Assembly: GCF_000142905.1 (NCBI RefSeq)
Contig: NW_013657671.1
Location: 434,001 to 498,000, forward strand
Direction of reading: 5' to 3'
Origin: Thecamonas trahens ATCC 50062
Taxonomy: Eukaryota > Protista > Apusomonadida
Length of the DNA stretch: 64,000 nucleotides
The notes beneath the pieces are model-generated. The model searched no databases. It was not told where the DNA came from and saw only the letters and a list, made by a program, of their open reading frames with translations. This document shows, piece by piece, positions 35,549-47,681 of this stretch. How positions within the stretch are numbered: the first letter of the stretch is position 1; each line of letters starts with the position of its first letter. Both the position numbers and the translations under genes were made by a program.

Positions 35549-38500
35549 ATGTCATCTCCATCTGTGGGTACGCCCTTGCGCCCTCTTCCTCCCCCACCCC
35601 CTCCCCCCCCTCCCCCCCACCCCCACCCACACCATGCTCCCCTCACCCCTCCCCCCTCACCCCCCGCAGGTCTGGTCCTCCAACGAGGGCCGATAGAAGG
35701 GGCCCCACCTAGGTCACGACATGCACACTCGTCGGTTGTCTACGGTTCGAGGCTGTATGTCTTTGGTGGTTACACTCGTGATGGTCAAACCCTTGGCGAT
35801 CTGTTCGTCTGTGAGCTCGACTCGGCTCAGTCGCGGGCTACTGCTTCTTCCTCTGGACTTGGCCAAGGTCGGGACATAGCTGGCAACACTCCTTCGGCAA
35901 CCGCCATCACCTCGTCGTCGTCGCCGATCAAGAAAAAAGTGCCCAGGTCGCCGAACAAGGCCAAAGTGAGAGCAAAGGCTGCCGCCAAGGGCGACGATGG
36001 CTCGTCGTCGTCCGACTCGTACACCTACGGCACGTCGTCGTCCGGTTCGTCGTCGGCCTCGTCGTCATCAGGCTCATCAGTTGCGTCGTCGTCGGCCGGA
36101 GCGGCGCTCAGCGGGAGCAAGCCGACCACGTTCACCACCGCCGACGGACACTGGCGCGAGGTCAAGCCCGTCAAGGGCACTTCGCCGCTGCCGCGACACT
36201 CCCACTCTGCAGTGGCGTACAACGGCGCGATGTATGTGTTTGGCGGCGTCGACAAAGACGGCAAGATGCTGTCGGACGTCCATGCCTTTGTCTTTGAGTC
36301 GGAGGTCTGGCTCCCGGTGAGAGTCCGCGACCCGCCGCCTGGCCGCTACGGCCACACCGCGGTCATGCACTCCAACTCGATGGTGGTCTTTGGCGGCATG
36401 GCAGTGACTGACGCTCTCTCCGAGGTCTGCGTCTTCCACATTCCGTCGGCCAAGTGGACGCTTCTGGAGCCGTCGGGCACCGTTCCGCGCGGGCGGCACT
36501 ACCACTCTGCTGTGGCGTACGGCTCGCTCATGTATGTCTTTGGCGGTTATACTGGCCAGCACGTGCTCTCGGACATGTTTGTCCTCAACATCGAGACTGG
36601 GGCCTGGTCACTGGCAACCACTTCCGGCGATGCTCCGGGCCGCCGACGCGCCCACGCCGCTGCAGTGTGGAACAACCTCATGCTCGTCTTTGGCGGCATC
36701 GACCGCTCGCCGCTCGGCGACCTGCATGCGCTCGATGTGGCGACCATGAACTGGTCGGTCATTCCGCTCACCCTCCCACTTGGTGACTCGCCCGATGTCC
36801 TTGTCCGCACCTTTGCCACCCTCGCCACCGTCCGCGACAAGCTCGTCCTCTTTGGCGGCATCCAAAAGTTCACCGACGTTGTCGTCGACTGCTGGGTCTC
36901 TCCGCTCCGAGCCCTCGTTGCCTCGCACGTCACCCGTGCCGACCAGGTCGGCCGCGCCCACGCTCGCTTCCGCTCCTCTTCGGGCAACCGCGGGCTCTCG
37001 GCCACCACCTCGCATGTCACCGCCTCCGAGTCGGAAGCCTCCGACTCGGAGTCCACCGTCCATGTCACTTTTCCGTGCTCGCCGCCCGCCACGCCCAAGG
37101 GCTTTGGCGCCTCGCCGCCGTTTGGCGGCGTTGCTTCTGAGCCGCGGCCCATCCCGCCGCGCCCGCGGCTCGAGACCGGGCCGGCAAGCTCTGCCGCCTG
37201 GTCGTCGGCCTCGTACGGCTCGCCGGGCACTCCCAACGTTTTGGGCAAGATCCGGCTCAAGTGCAAGTTTGGCGACGAGATGCGCCTCGTCTCGGTCACG
37301 CCCTCGATGGCCTTTGACGACGTCGCTGCCAAGATGGAGGCCATGTTTGGCGTCGCCTGCCTCATGCAGTACTCGGCCGACGACGACACCATCACCATCC
37401 GGTCCGATGAGGACTTGCGTGAGGCCGTCGAGTTTGTGGCCGACTCGGGCTCGACGACGCTCAAGGTCTTCCTCACCCCTCTCTCGGCCACGCCGCTCGG
37501 CGCCTCGTCGCCGCAGCTCGGCGGGCTCGGCGGCGGCGACGCAACTGCCAATCCCCACGCCGACGCCCCTGCCGAGCCCGGCGACGACGACCCTGAGCGG
37601 GTCATCAACTTTTCGCGCGGCCAACTGCTTGGCCGCGGTGCCTTTGGCGAAGTATACCTCGGTATGGACAACGAGACCGGCTCGCTCCTCGCCATCAAGC
37701 AGGTCTCGCTCGCCGAGACCACCGGCCAGGAGACCGAGATCCATGAGCTGCAGCGTGAGATCGCCACGCTCAAGGGCCTTCACCACCCCAACATTGTGCA
37801 GTACCTCGGCTCGCTCCTCACCGACGAGTACATCCACATTCTGATGGAGTATGTGCCCGGCGGCTCAATCGCGCTCCTCCTCAAGAAGTTTGGGCCTTTC
37901 TCGCCGGCCGTCATCCGCAAGTACATCCGCCAAGTCCTCCGCGGCCTCGACTATCTCCACACCAACTCGATCATGCACCGCGACATTAAGGGTGCCAACA
38001 TCCTTGTCGACAAGACCGGGACTGTCAAGGTCGCCGACTTTGGCGCTTCGCGCATGGTCGCCGAAATCCAGTCCATCTCGGAGGACTGCCACTCGTTTCG
38101 CGGCACGCCGTACTGGATGGCGCCCGAGGTCATTGCCCAGAACGGGTACGGCTTCAAAGCCGACATCTGGTCGCTCGGCGCCACCGTCATCGAGATGGCC
38201 GACGGCCGACCGCCGTTCTCGGAACTCAACCCGCTCACCGCTCTGTTCCACATCGCCAAGGACTCAACGCCCATCCCGGTCCCGGACTCGCTCGTCGCCT
38301 CTGCCCGCGACTTTGTCCTCAAGTGCATGAACCGCAACCCGAGCGACCGCCTCTCGGCCTCGCAGCTGCTGGACCACCCGTTCCTCACCGACGAGCCCGG
38401 ATCACCGGCCGAGGCTGCTGCCGCCGCCGTCGAGAGAGGGCCACTCGGCCGCGAGCTCCTCTCGTCGTCGTCGTCGACGTCGTCATCCTCCTCCTCGTCT

Positions 38501-40455
38501 GAATCTCCGGCCGCCTCGCCTGGCGCCTCACCTCTTCCACCACCACAGGCTCAGGCCAAGCCGGCCCTTACAGAGGCGCTGGAGACCAAGGGCCTGTCGT
38601 CCGACTCGCTCGACGCCCTCAATCCGGTGGCAAGCGTGGACGACGAGACGTGGGGCGCGGCGAACTTGCGGCGGATGATGAAGGAGGCCGCCATCGGTGA
38701 CAGCTTTCCTTCGCTCGACGGCGTGCTTGTTGCGCCCGGCAGTGCGAGTATGGCCGGCAGTCGCAACCGGCGCGGCTCGCGGACCTCATTTGACTCTGCG
38801 CGGTCGTCGGTCTCGGTCGACGAGGCTACGCTCCAGGCCTTTCTGGAGGTCCAATCGTCGGCGCAGGAGCGCGGGTTTGGGTCGGGAGTGCCGTCGCCGA
38901 CGGCCGGCAGCGAAGGCGCCATGATGGCACACGGCAACTTTACGCCGACGCCGAGCGACGACGCGAGCCCCGGTCTGGCCTCGGTCCGCCAATCGACCAT
39001 CTTTGGCCGTGGCGGGCGGCAGCTGCGGATGCCCGTTCCGCAGCGGGCGCGCCCCGAGGATCCCGAGAGTGATCTCTGGATGGGCCTTGCACCGGCCATT
39101 CTGCAGCTCGACGGCATTGGCCCGGCATCAGGCGGAGTTGCGGCCGTGGTCGGCGACGGCGACGTGGTGGTGGCGGCCTGTTCATCGGGCCTCGCTGTGG
39201 CGTGGGACGCCTCGGGCACCGTCGTCCACACGCTCGGGCGCATGCCCGCAGCGTCGGATCGGGTCCTCGCCATGTCGTGCCGGAGCGGGCTGGTTGTGAC
39301 CGGCTCAGACTTTGGCGTCCTGCGGGTGTGGGATCTGGTCACTGCCGAGCTCGTCACCTCGATGCGGTCACCGTATCCGGTGCTCGCGCTCGAGCTCGAT
39401 CCGTCAGGCACGCTTGCGGTCGCCGGCTCACACGACGGGCACCTTGTTGTCTGGTCGCTTGCTGACGGGGTGGTGGTCAAGACACTCGGCAGCAACGAGC
39501 TGGGCGAGGCCGACGCGTCGCGTGGCTCGGTCCTCGCGCTGCAGGTCTCTGCCACGACGGTCATCTCGTCGGGTACCGACAACGTCATCCGGGTCTGGCA
39601 GCTCAAGTCGGGCGTGTGCCTCGCGTCGCTGTCTGGGCACGTGGGCAAGGTGACCGCACTGGCGTACGAGCCCGAGCTAGGCGCGCTGGTATCGGGCTCG
39701 AACGACGCCACGCTGCGGGTATGGGACGTCCAGCGCGAGCAGTACACCGCCGTGTTGTCGGAGCACTCAGGACCGGTCCTCGCTGTCGCACTTGACTCGT
39801 ACAAGATTGTGTCGTCGTCGCAGGACGCCACGGTCCGAGTCTGGCGGCTGACGTCGGGCGAGTGCCTGCACATCTTCCGGACCGCCGTCCCGCCCGACTC
39901 GATCTGCCTGCTGGGGCACGACAAGCTGGTTGCCGCGTCGTCGCTCGGCTCAGGCGTCCAGATGTGGCACTTTGTCCCGCTGTCGGAAGCCGCTAAGCTC
40001 ACGTCGTCGGCAGAGCGGGCCAAGTTGATGCTCGTCTCGCCAGTCCTCTCGCCGACGCCCGACGGGCGTCTGACGCCGCCGATCTCGGCGCTCTCGACCT
40101 CGCCGCACCGGACGCCTCTCACCCCGTTTGGTACCGCCTCGACCGTCTTCTCTGAAGTCGGCTCCTCGCTCTCCTCGCTCGCCTCGTCGGTCTCGTCGGC
40201 CACCACCCCACACTCAGGCCGCATGATGGGCGGCGAGTTCAATCCTCTGGCCGAGCTCACCGAGCTCCACACCCGCCCCGGCGCGGCTCCGGCTCCAAGC
40301 TGCTGGCCAAGCCCGCCCCAGGCCTCATCGACATGCCGCCGCAGCGTTCCGGCCGCCGGATGGCCCGTGGCTCGTCCAAGCTCTTTGACCCGCCGCCGTC
40401 GGCCGCATCCGGCACCTCGGGCACCTCGGGCACCTCCTCCCCGCCACCCTCGTAG
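35549..40455 (+). CDS. STE11/MEKK-like MAP3K with N-terminal Kelch repeats, PB1 domain and C-terminal WD40 repeats; probable intron 35568-35669
   Basis: Kelch RHSHSAV..MYVFGG repeats; PB1 IRLKCKFGDEMR...TIRSDEDL; kinase LGRGAFGEVY, HRDIKGANIL, DFG, GTPYWMAPEVI; WD40 GH...LRVWD. The raw ORF runs to 40609, into DnaJ; a frameshift near 40270 would give a stop at 40455. Confidence 0.88.
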
Positions 40456-40499
40456 CGCACCTATATACACACACTTCCTTGCACCTGCAGTCTCTCCTT

Positions 40500-42200
40500 T
40501 TACGCGGCACGGGCGCCGTCGTCGGACGACGACTGGCGCTGGGGCTTGGACGAAAAGACCTTACCGAGCTTGTCGAGCGCGCGCGAGAAGAACGACTTGG
40601 GCTCGATGACCTTCTCCTCCTCAGCCACAAACTCCTTCATGAGCTCGCGCTGACGCTCAGTCAGCTCCTCGGGCTTGGGAACCACCACCTTGTAGTGGAC
40701 GTACATGTGGCCGCGGATGCCGCGGTTGAGCTTCTCGATGCCGCGCGAGCGGAGAATGCGCCGCTCGTCGGGCTGGGTTCCCGGCTGGACGGTGAGCTCG
40801 ACGTCGCCGTCGAGAGTCGGGACCCGGACTGAGCCGCCCATGACGGCCTGGCCGACGGTGATGGGCGCGGCAACATGGACGTTGTACCCGTCGCGCTCAA
40901 AGTACTCGTGCTCGTCGACAACAAGCCGAAGGAAGACGTTGCCCGGCGGGCCGCCGCGGATGCCGGCGGCGCCCTTGTTCGGAATGCGGATGGAGAGCCC
41001 AGTATCGACGCCCGGTGGCACTTTGACCTCAAGCTCCTGCTCGCCACGGACCACACCCTGACCCGAGCAAGAGCCGCACGGATCGCTCAGCACCTGGCCG
41101 TCACCATCGCACTTGGGGCACGCCGCCTGGAAGGCAAACATGCCCGACTGCTGGACGGTTGCGCCCGCACCGCCGCACGCACTGCAGGTCTCGGGCTTGG
41201 CGCCGTCGCCGGCGCCGGTCCCGGAGCAGGTCTTGCACGAGACCGAGGTAGAGAACGCCACGTCTTTGGTCGTGCCCTTGGCCGCCTCCATGAACGAGAG
41301 GCGCAGTTGCATCTCGATGTCTGCGCCCGGGCGGGCGAGGCCGCGGCCGCCTCCGCCACCCATGCCACCCATACCGCCCATGCCGCCCATGCCGCCCATG
41401 CCACCGTCCTCAAACATGCGACGGAAGGCCGACATGACGTCCTCACCGCCCATTCCGCCCATGCCGCCCATACCGCCCATGCCGCCGAGATCCATGTCGA
41501 CGCCATCCTTGCCGTATGCATCATACTTTCGGCGCTTGTCCTCGTCAGAGAGGATCTCGTAGGCCTCATTGATGGCGGCAAACTTGTCGGACGCATCGGG
41601 TTCCTTGGACCGATCCGGGTGGTACTTCTTGGCCAGCTTGTAATACGCCCGCTTAATGTCCTTGCCCGACGCATCACGCCCGACCCCCAGCACCGCGTAC
41701 AGATCCTCTCCCTTGCCCACGCCAGGCGACGACGAGAACCATCGCGCGCCTCCCGGGCTCATCCTCGGCCGACCCTGCCCAGCCGACCACTGGCGCCACT
41801 TGCTCGAGCTGCCAGCCCAGGATCCGGCCTCCGCAGCCGACCCCATGGCGTGAGCCGCTGCCACAGCACCCGTTGCGCCAGCCGCCATCGCCCCTTGGCG
41901 ACAAGCATCGGCCACCGAGCGAGCCGCACCGGCCGACCCAGCCCTCCTCGCCGCCGTGGCAAAGGTAGCCGACGACGACGTGGGGACGACCAGCTGCGGG
42001 GCGACGCCGAGCTTGGATGCGCCGAGCATGGCACCCGAAGCCTTGCCGGCGACCTTGCCCATCGCCTGCCGAGTGGTTGCGGTAGCGGTGGTGGCCGTCG
42101 TGGCTGTGGTGACACTCGTAGTGGCGGTGGTGGCGGTGGTGGGATGGCGGGCGGCTGTGGCGAACGTCTGCCTCACCGAGAGGACAGGCATGGAGGGCAT
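40500..42200 (-). CDS. Type I DnaJ chaperone, mitochondrial (Mdj1/DNAJA3-like)
   Basis: J domain with HPD, G/M-rich linker, four CxxCxGxG motifs, C-terminal domain, Arg/Ser/Ala-rich presequence. Start uncertain (42386, 42200 or 42063). Confidence 0.92.
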   Translation of the reverse strand: MPSMPVLSVRQTFATAARHPTTATTATTSVTTATTATTATATTRQAMGKVAGKASGAMLGASKLGVAPQLVVPTSSSATFATAARRAGSAGAARSVADACRQGAMAAGATGAVAAAHAMGSAAEAGSWAGSSSKWRQWSAGQGRPRMSPGGARWFSSSPGVGKGEDLYAVLGVGRDASGKDIKRAYYKLAKKYHPDRSKEPDASDKFAAINEAYEILSDEDKRRKYDAYGKDGVDMDLGGMGGMGGMGGMGGEDVMSAFRRMFEDGGMGGMGGMGGMGGMGGGGGRGLARPGADIEMQLRLSFMEAAKGTTKDVAFSTSVSCKTCSGTGAGDGAKPETCSACGGAGATVQQSGMFAFQAACPKCDGDGQVLSDPCGSCSGQGVVRGEQELEVKVPPGVDTGLSIRIPNKGAAGIRGGPPGNVFLRLVVDEHEYFERDGYNVHVAAPITVGQAVMGGSVRVPTLDGDVELTVQPGTQPDERRILRSRGIEKLNRGIRGHMYVHYKVVVPKPEELTERQRELMKEFVAEEEKVIEPKSFFSRALDKLGKVFSSKPQRQSSSDDGARAA

Positions 42201-42693
42201 AGTTGGAGCATGGGACGGGTAAGCCGCCTTCCGAGCCATCCTTCCTCCACTTCTCATCTTCATACCCTGTCCAACTCCGTCAAGCACTGCACGCATCGCT
42301 CGTGTCTTCCCACATCGCCCAAGCATATCTGCCTGCCTATCTCCTCCTCCGCGAAGTGCTGCCTTGTCGCGTACGCTCTCTCTCATTCTCCCGCCTGTCC
42401 TTCGCGAAGCGATTCATCGAGAATCGGCTCGTGTTGCGGCGGTGTCACGGCGGCTGGTGCCAACGGAGATGTAACATTGAGAACGAATTGGTGCGTCCCC
42501 ACCCCCCACCCCCCATCCCCCCCACTCCTCCTTGCCCCCCCCCCCCCCCTACAAGGGAGTCTCGTGCTGAGCAGAGGCTGGCTGCCCAAGCCCGGTCCGA
42601 GCACACTCCTCGGCCACAAGCCAGCAGCGCAACCCGCTCCTCCCCTTCAACTCCTGGAGCAGCTCAATTCCTCTCTCCTCTCGTGTTCTGGGC

Positions 42694-44343
42694 ATGTTCT
42701 CCTTGCGGACGGCGGTGGCTGCGGCGGTGGCGTCGTCGGCGCGGCGCACGTCGGTGCGTCGATGGATGCGCGGCGACGGGGCAAGCAGAGGGCGAATGGC
42801 GAGCAGCGTAGTTGCGGATGATGGAGCGAAGAGCCGACCTGAAGCATCTGCGCTCGACACGCTTCTCGCAGATCACTCTCTGCGACTGCAAAAGTGGCAG
42901 AGTGCAGGGCTGGACGGCGGAGCGGACGGCGGAGTGCTGCCGGATCCGGCGGGCGTGTTCTGCAATCGCGAGCTGAGGCTCTCGGACTCGATTGACGTCA
43001 TCGGGTTCGACTACGACATGACGCTTGCGGTGTATACGGAGGAGCTGCAGTCGCTCATCTTCCATCTGGCGACAAAGCATCTTGTGGAGGTCATGGGCTA
43101 TCCCGAGGCGCTGCGGAGCGCCGAGTACACGCACAACTGGGCCATCCGCGGGCTGGCGTTCGACAAGGCCAAGGGTCTGATCATCAAGCTCGACGCCTTC
43201 AACTTTGTCGACGACTCGGCGGTCTTTGCCGGTACTCGGCGGCTGAGCAGGCAGCAGGTCGCCGAGCTGTACTCGACGTCGCGGCACCTGCCCAAGAACT
43301 ACATGCGCGACCACGTCCAGGTCATGCATGACCTGTTCTGCCTCCCTGAGATCGAGCTCCTGGCCGGCATTGTGGACTTGTTTGCGGAGCGGAGCGTGGT
43401 ATACGACCCGTCGTACGTGGTTGCCGACGTGCGGACGGCGGTCGAGGCGGTCCATCAGGGCCTGACCGACCCGGGCATGCACCGGACCATCATGCGGCAC
43501 CCGGAGAAGTACCTTGTCCGCGACGATCGGCTCGGCGCTCTGCTGGCTGAGATCCGGGCATCAGGCAAAAAGAGCTTTCTGCTGACCAACTCGCCGTTCC
43601 CGTTTGTCGACGCCGGCATGCGGTACATCCTCGACGACGACGAGTGGCGGCGGCACTTTGACATTGTAAGCTGCACGGCGGCCAAGCCGGCGTTCTTCAA
43701 CTCGACCCGCCCATTCCGCAAGCTCTGGCGGCCGTCGACCGGATCGCCCGAGCTCTCGTGGAAGACGGTCGACTCGTTTGAGCCGGGCTCTGTCTACGTC
43801 CACGGCTCGGTTGACGCCTTCCACAAGCTCGGCGGCTTTACCTCGCCCGACCGCATCCTGTACATCGGCGATAACCTGCCGTCGGATCTTGTGTCGCCGG
43901 CGCGCAAGCATTCTTGGCGGACAGCAGCCATCATCCGCGAGCTCGAGTCGGAGATTGCAGTGACCAACTCGGAGCAGGCGCTGCGCCTCCGCGGCGTGCT
44001 TGCCGAGACCAAGAAGACCATCTCGGCCCTGACCGACGCCATGTACTCGGCCTCGCCCGATGCTGCTGCCGAGCACTACGTCGCCGCGCTTGGCCAGCTC
44101 CGCCGCGAGCATCGCGAGACCGAGGAGGCCATTGCTGGCCTCTTCACCGCACCATTTGGCCCTACTATGCGCGCCCGCGATCACGTCTCGCACTTTTGCG
44201 CCACGGTCGAAAAGTACGCCGACGTCTACACCGCGTCGGTCGTCAACTTTCTGCGCTCTGGCGGCCTGGCGTACGACTACTTTCCCAAGGTCCGTCTTGC
44301 GCAGCACGAGTCGCCGCCTCCGCCGCCGGGCGCCTCACCGTAA
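42694..44343 (+). CDS. HAD-superfamily 5'-nucleotidase, NT5DC2/3-like, probable mitochondrial presequence
   Basis: VFCNREL, IGFDYDMTLAVY, IRGL, FLLTNSPFPFVDAGM, KPAFF, LYIGDNLPSD, YADVYTAS. Confidence 0.92.
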   Translation: MFSLRTAVAAAVASSARRTSVRRWMRGDGASRGRMASSVVADDGAKSRPEASALDTLLADHSLRLQKWQSAGLDGGADGGVLPDPAGVFCNRELRLSDSIDVIGFDYDMTLAVYTEELQSLIFHLATKHLVEVMGYPEALRSAEYTHNWAIRGLAFDKAKGLIIKLDAFNFVDDSAVFAGTRRLSRQQVAELYSTSRHLPKNYMRDHVQVMHDLFCLPEIELLAGIVDLFAERSVVYDPSYVVADVRTAVEAVHQGLTDPGMHRTIMRHPEKYLVRDDRLGALLAEIRASGKKSFLLTNSPFPFVDAGMRYILDDDEWRRHFDIVSCTAAKPAFFNSTRPFRKLWRPSTGSPELSWKTVDSFEPGSVYVHGSVDAFHKLGGFTSPDRILYIGDNLPSDLVSPARKHSWRTAAIIRELESEIAVTNSEQALRLRGVLAETKKTISALTDAMYSASPDAAAEHYVAALGQLRREHRETEEAIAGLFTAPFGPTMRARDHVSHFCATVEKYADVYTASVVNFLRSGGLAYDYFPKVRLAQHESPPPPPGASP

Positions 44344-44373
44344 AGCGTACGTGTGCGGATATGTGTGTGGTGT

Positions 44374-45678
44374 TCATTGCTGCGGGAACCGGCCGCGGCG
44401 GATGATCTCAACGTCGCGCAGGTCCCTCTTGAGGATGTGCGAGAGGTGGTCCAGGCCGCGCGACTGCTCCTTGAGGAACATGAAGATCTTGCGCATGCCG
44501 TCCTCATCAACAACGTTGTACTCTTCGGGCTGCGCGTCCTCATTCTCCTGCAGCTGGAAGAGGGCCTCGAGCTCGGAGAGCCGGGCGCGGAACTGGGTCG
44601 GCTTGCACAGCTCGCGCTGCAGGAACTCGAGCTTGGAGCGGATGCGCTCCTCCTCGGGCGTAATCGGCTTGCCACGCGAGCGCCAGACCTCGATGCGCTT
44701 CATGATGCAGAGAACATCGTGGCGGAGCTTGGCGTGCTGCTCGCGGCAGAGCCTGAGCTTCTCGAGCGTGTCGCGGTGACGGCTGCGGATGGCGGTGATC
44801 TCGGCCTCGATCGAGTCGAGTGCCTTGGCGTGCGCGCTCGCCATGTCCTTCTGTGCTGTCAACCGAGTGGCAAGGTCGGCAAAGCCGCGGGCCGGCACCG
44901 GGACGTACCGCGACGGATCCGGGTTGTTCTTCTCGGCCTGCTGCGCGAGCACGCCCGAGCCCGACGAGCGCATGGGGCGGACCATGCCCTCGGGCAGGAC
45001 ATTGTAGAACATAAACTGAAAGTGGCAGTGCGGGTTGCTTGCATCTGCCGAAAAGGCGGCGAGGATCGAGTCCATGGCGGCCTTGATGGGATCATAGGCG
45101 AGGGCCACACCGGCGAGGCCCGCGTTGGATGCACCAGCTGCATTGCTCTTGTTGCCACCAAAGTTGAAGCCGCCCTTTGCACCACTGGCCCCACCGGCCC
45201 CGGACTTGTTTCCAAAGTTGAAGCCACCGCCACCACTACCACCACCTGCCTTGTTCTTGTTGAGATTGAAGCCACCGCCACCTCCAGCCGCACCACCTCC
45301 TGCCGCGCCTCCTGCTCCGCCGCCCTTGTTTCCAAAGTTGAAGCCTCCTCCTCCACCTGCCTTGTTCCCTGCTCCCCCCTCTATACATCACCTCCATGTA
45401 CGGTTCTTGTGAGTATGTGTGTGCTGTGTGTGTGCTGTGTGTGTGCTGTGTGTGTGCTGTGTGTGTGTGCTGTGTGTGTGTGTGTGTGTGCTATGGCTGG
45501 GAGGGGTTGATGGCGCCCTGACACAATGCGACACAGGCCGACCCCCCCCCCCCCCCCCCCCCCCTCCCCAGCCACCCTCCCTCCCTCCCCTCCACCCTTC
45601 CCCCAACCTCCACCACAACGTACTGTTAAAGTTGAAACCGCCACCGCCACCTCCGCCCTTGTTAAAGTTGAACGGCAT
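44374..45678 (-). CDS. NUP54: Nucleoporin Nup54/Nup57 with GGFNF(G) repeats; exons 45678-45624, 45380-44374
   Basis: FQFMFYN, NPDPSRYVPVPARGFADLATRLTAQ, ITPEEERIRSKLE, Q..GLDHL coiled coils. The N-terminal GGFNFG repeats are joined by a phase-1 intron. Confidence 0.85.
45416..45491. repeat. (TG)n-like microsatellite in the Nup54 intron
   Basis: TGTGTGTGTGC-type runs. Confidence 0.85.
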
Positions 45679-45752
45679 GGCTTCTGGGATGAGACGGGTG
45701 CCGCCCACGTCCTCGCCTAAGTCAATGCCACAGGCCGCAGAGGCTGTCGGTC

Positions 45753-45836
45753 GGCTTGGCGGCTTGGCGGCTTGGCGGCTTGGCGGCTTGGCGGCTTGGC
45801 GGCTTGGCGGCTTGGCGGCTTGGCGGCTTGGCGGCT
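45753..45836. repeat. 8-bp tandem repeat (GGCTTGGC)n, about 10 copies, upstream of Nup54
   Basis: Perfect period-8 run. Confidence 0.9.
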
Positions 45837-46314
45837 CGTGAGCTCGGGCAGCGTCCTTCTCAGCGGCATGGAGGCTCGGTTCGAGCACAGCTGAACTGAT
45901 CGTTTCACATGCAGCGAGCTCGATGATGTAGACTATTTGGCTAAGCTGCGTTGTGATCAAGATTGGGATCAAGATCATGATCATGATCATGATCATGGTC
46001 ATGGTCACGATTATGACAGTCCGCAACCGGTTGCCAGCCCTCTGAGCCTTGGCCATTGATGGCGATCGTAACTTGCTATCGCAGTTGCTATTGCTGTAGC
46101 GATTGTATCCGCACCCATCACGATGGCAGAGCCAAGCCAATGCCTTTGCCGTCGTCGGTGGTGCTGTTGCCCAGGCGACGGCCACTCGAATGGTGTCCCG
46201 GAACGGATTGGGCGAGGATAGTCGAGGTTCATCGATTCTCGACGACCAACGATTCTCGACGACCAACGATTATCACGTGAGAGTTTACCACACCTCTCGT
46301 AAGCCCACTGCTTC

Positions 46315-47597
46315 ATGTCGTCCTCCTCGTCTGCCTCTGCTGCCGAGGGAGCGCTCCTCGACACTGTGCCTGCGCCTGCTACAATTGACGCCTCTGACTC
46401 GAGCTCTGACTCGGGCTCTGACTCTGGCTCTAGCTCTAGCTCTAGCTCCAACGCTGCCGATGGCGGTCAGCCTGTTGACGGTGGTGCTGTTGGAGGTGGT
46501 GACGAGGCCGCGCCGGTGCCGGTCAACCTCCCCCACTTTTACGAGATCGTTGCCGCCTATGCCTGGGCCATTCTCGACGTGAACAAGGATGGTACGTCCT
46601 TACCCACCCCCCTACCTACTCTACCCCTTCTCTCACTCCCATCTTCCCTTTGTACCTCCCGTTAGCCCCTTCCCCATCCCCTCGCCACCCATCACCGCCT
46701 GTTCCCGGAATGCGACATTTTTCGGCCGGCTGCCGTTGGCAAGGGCTTGCAGGGGAGGGGGGGGGGTATGGGGGGGTATGGGGAGTGGGGGGGGGGGGGG
46801 GGAAAGGGGAAATGGATGAAGGGGGAAGGGGGAAGAGGGAAGAGGTGTGTGTGTGGGGGTGTGTGAAGGGAGGTGATTGGTTGGATCGGGCGAGGTGTGC
46901 ATTGTCGTGTGCGTGGTGGTGGAGGTAGATGTGGGGGGCAATGGGGGAGAAGAGAGCGAGAGAGTGAGGGAGCGAGAGATTGAGAGAGATAGCGAAGTAG
47001 CGAGATAGCGAGGTAGCGAGAGAGAGAGAGATAGGTATTGTGCGGCTTGTAATCATGCTGAATGGTGCGACTGTGACTGATCCTCCTCCTCCTCCCCCTT
47101 GTTCTGGTATAGGCGTCATCGATGTCCAAGAGTGGGTTACGGGCGTGGCCAAGCTGGTCCCGACGGCAGACAAGGCGCAGATCAAGGCTGATCTTCGTGC
47201 ATACGATGCTGACGACAACGGCGAGATCGACTTTTCCGAGTTTGCCGTCTTTATGGCCGGCTGGGACCAGTCTGGTCAGGCCGTCCTTCGCGAGGAGAAC
47301 ATCCGCGCCCTGGTCGACACCCTCGAGCTGTTCAAGGGCGAGCCGGCCGTCGTCGACTGGGCTGCCTTTCTCTCCATCGCCCGCCGCTTTGTTCCTGCAG
47401 AGGCCGAGACCACCGTGCTGGACGAGGACTTTGGCCGCCAGCTGCTGGCTGCTGTCTCGCTCGAGCCAGACCACGTCAACTCGCTGACCTACGGCGAGGT
47501 CCTCGTTGCGCTCTGCACCATGTGGCACGGCCCGCCGCAGGGCGCCACCGTTGCCTACTACGTCCGTAACGTCTGGAACGTTGACGGCCGCTCCTAG
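46315..47597 (+). CDS. EF-hand calcium-binding protein; exons 46315-46591, 47113-47597
   Basis: Splicing rebuilds EF loop DVNKDG/VIDVQE; second loop DADDNGEIDFSE. Confidence 0.85.
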
Positions 47598-47681
47598 AGT
47601 TGGGCCCCGTCGCCGCTACTAGCTTTGAGCATACACACACACATACGCGCACACATGCACGCACACACACACAGTCTTTAC

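Noticed and set aside
40500-40609. 110-bp coding overlap between MAP3K and DnaJ
   Set aside because: An alternative frame from ~40270 has typical codons and stops at 40455, removing the overlap.
45753-45836. Telomere-like repeat or peptide repeat ORF (AAKPPSRQ)
   Set aside because: The unit does not match known telomeric repeats, and an 8-bp period produces such peptides trivially.
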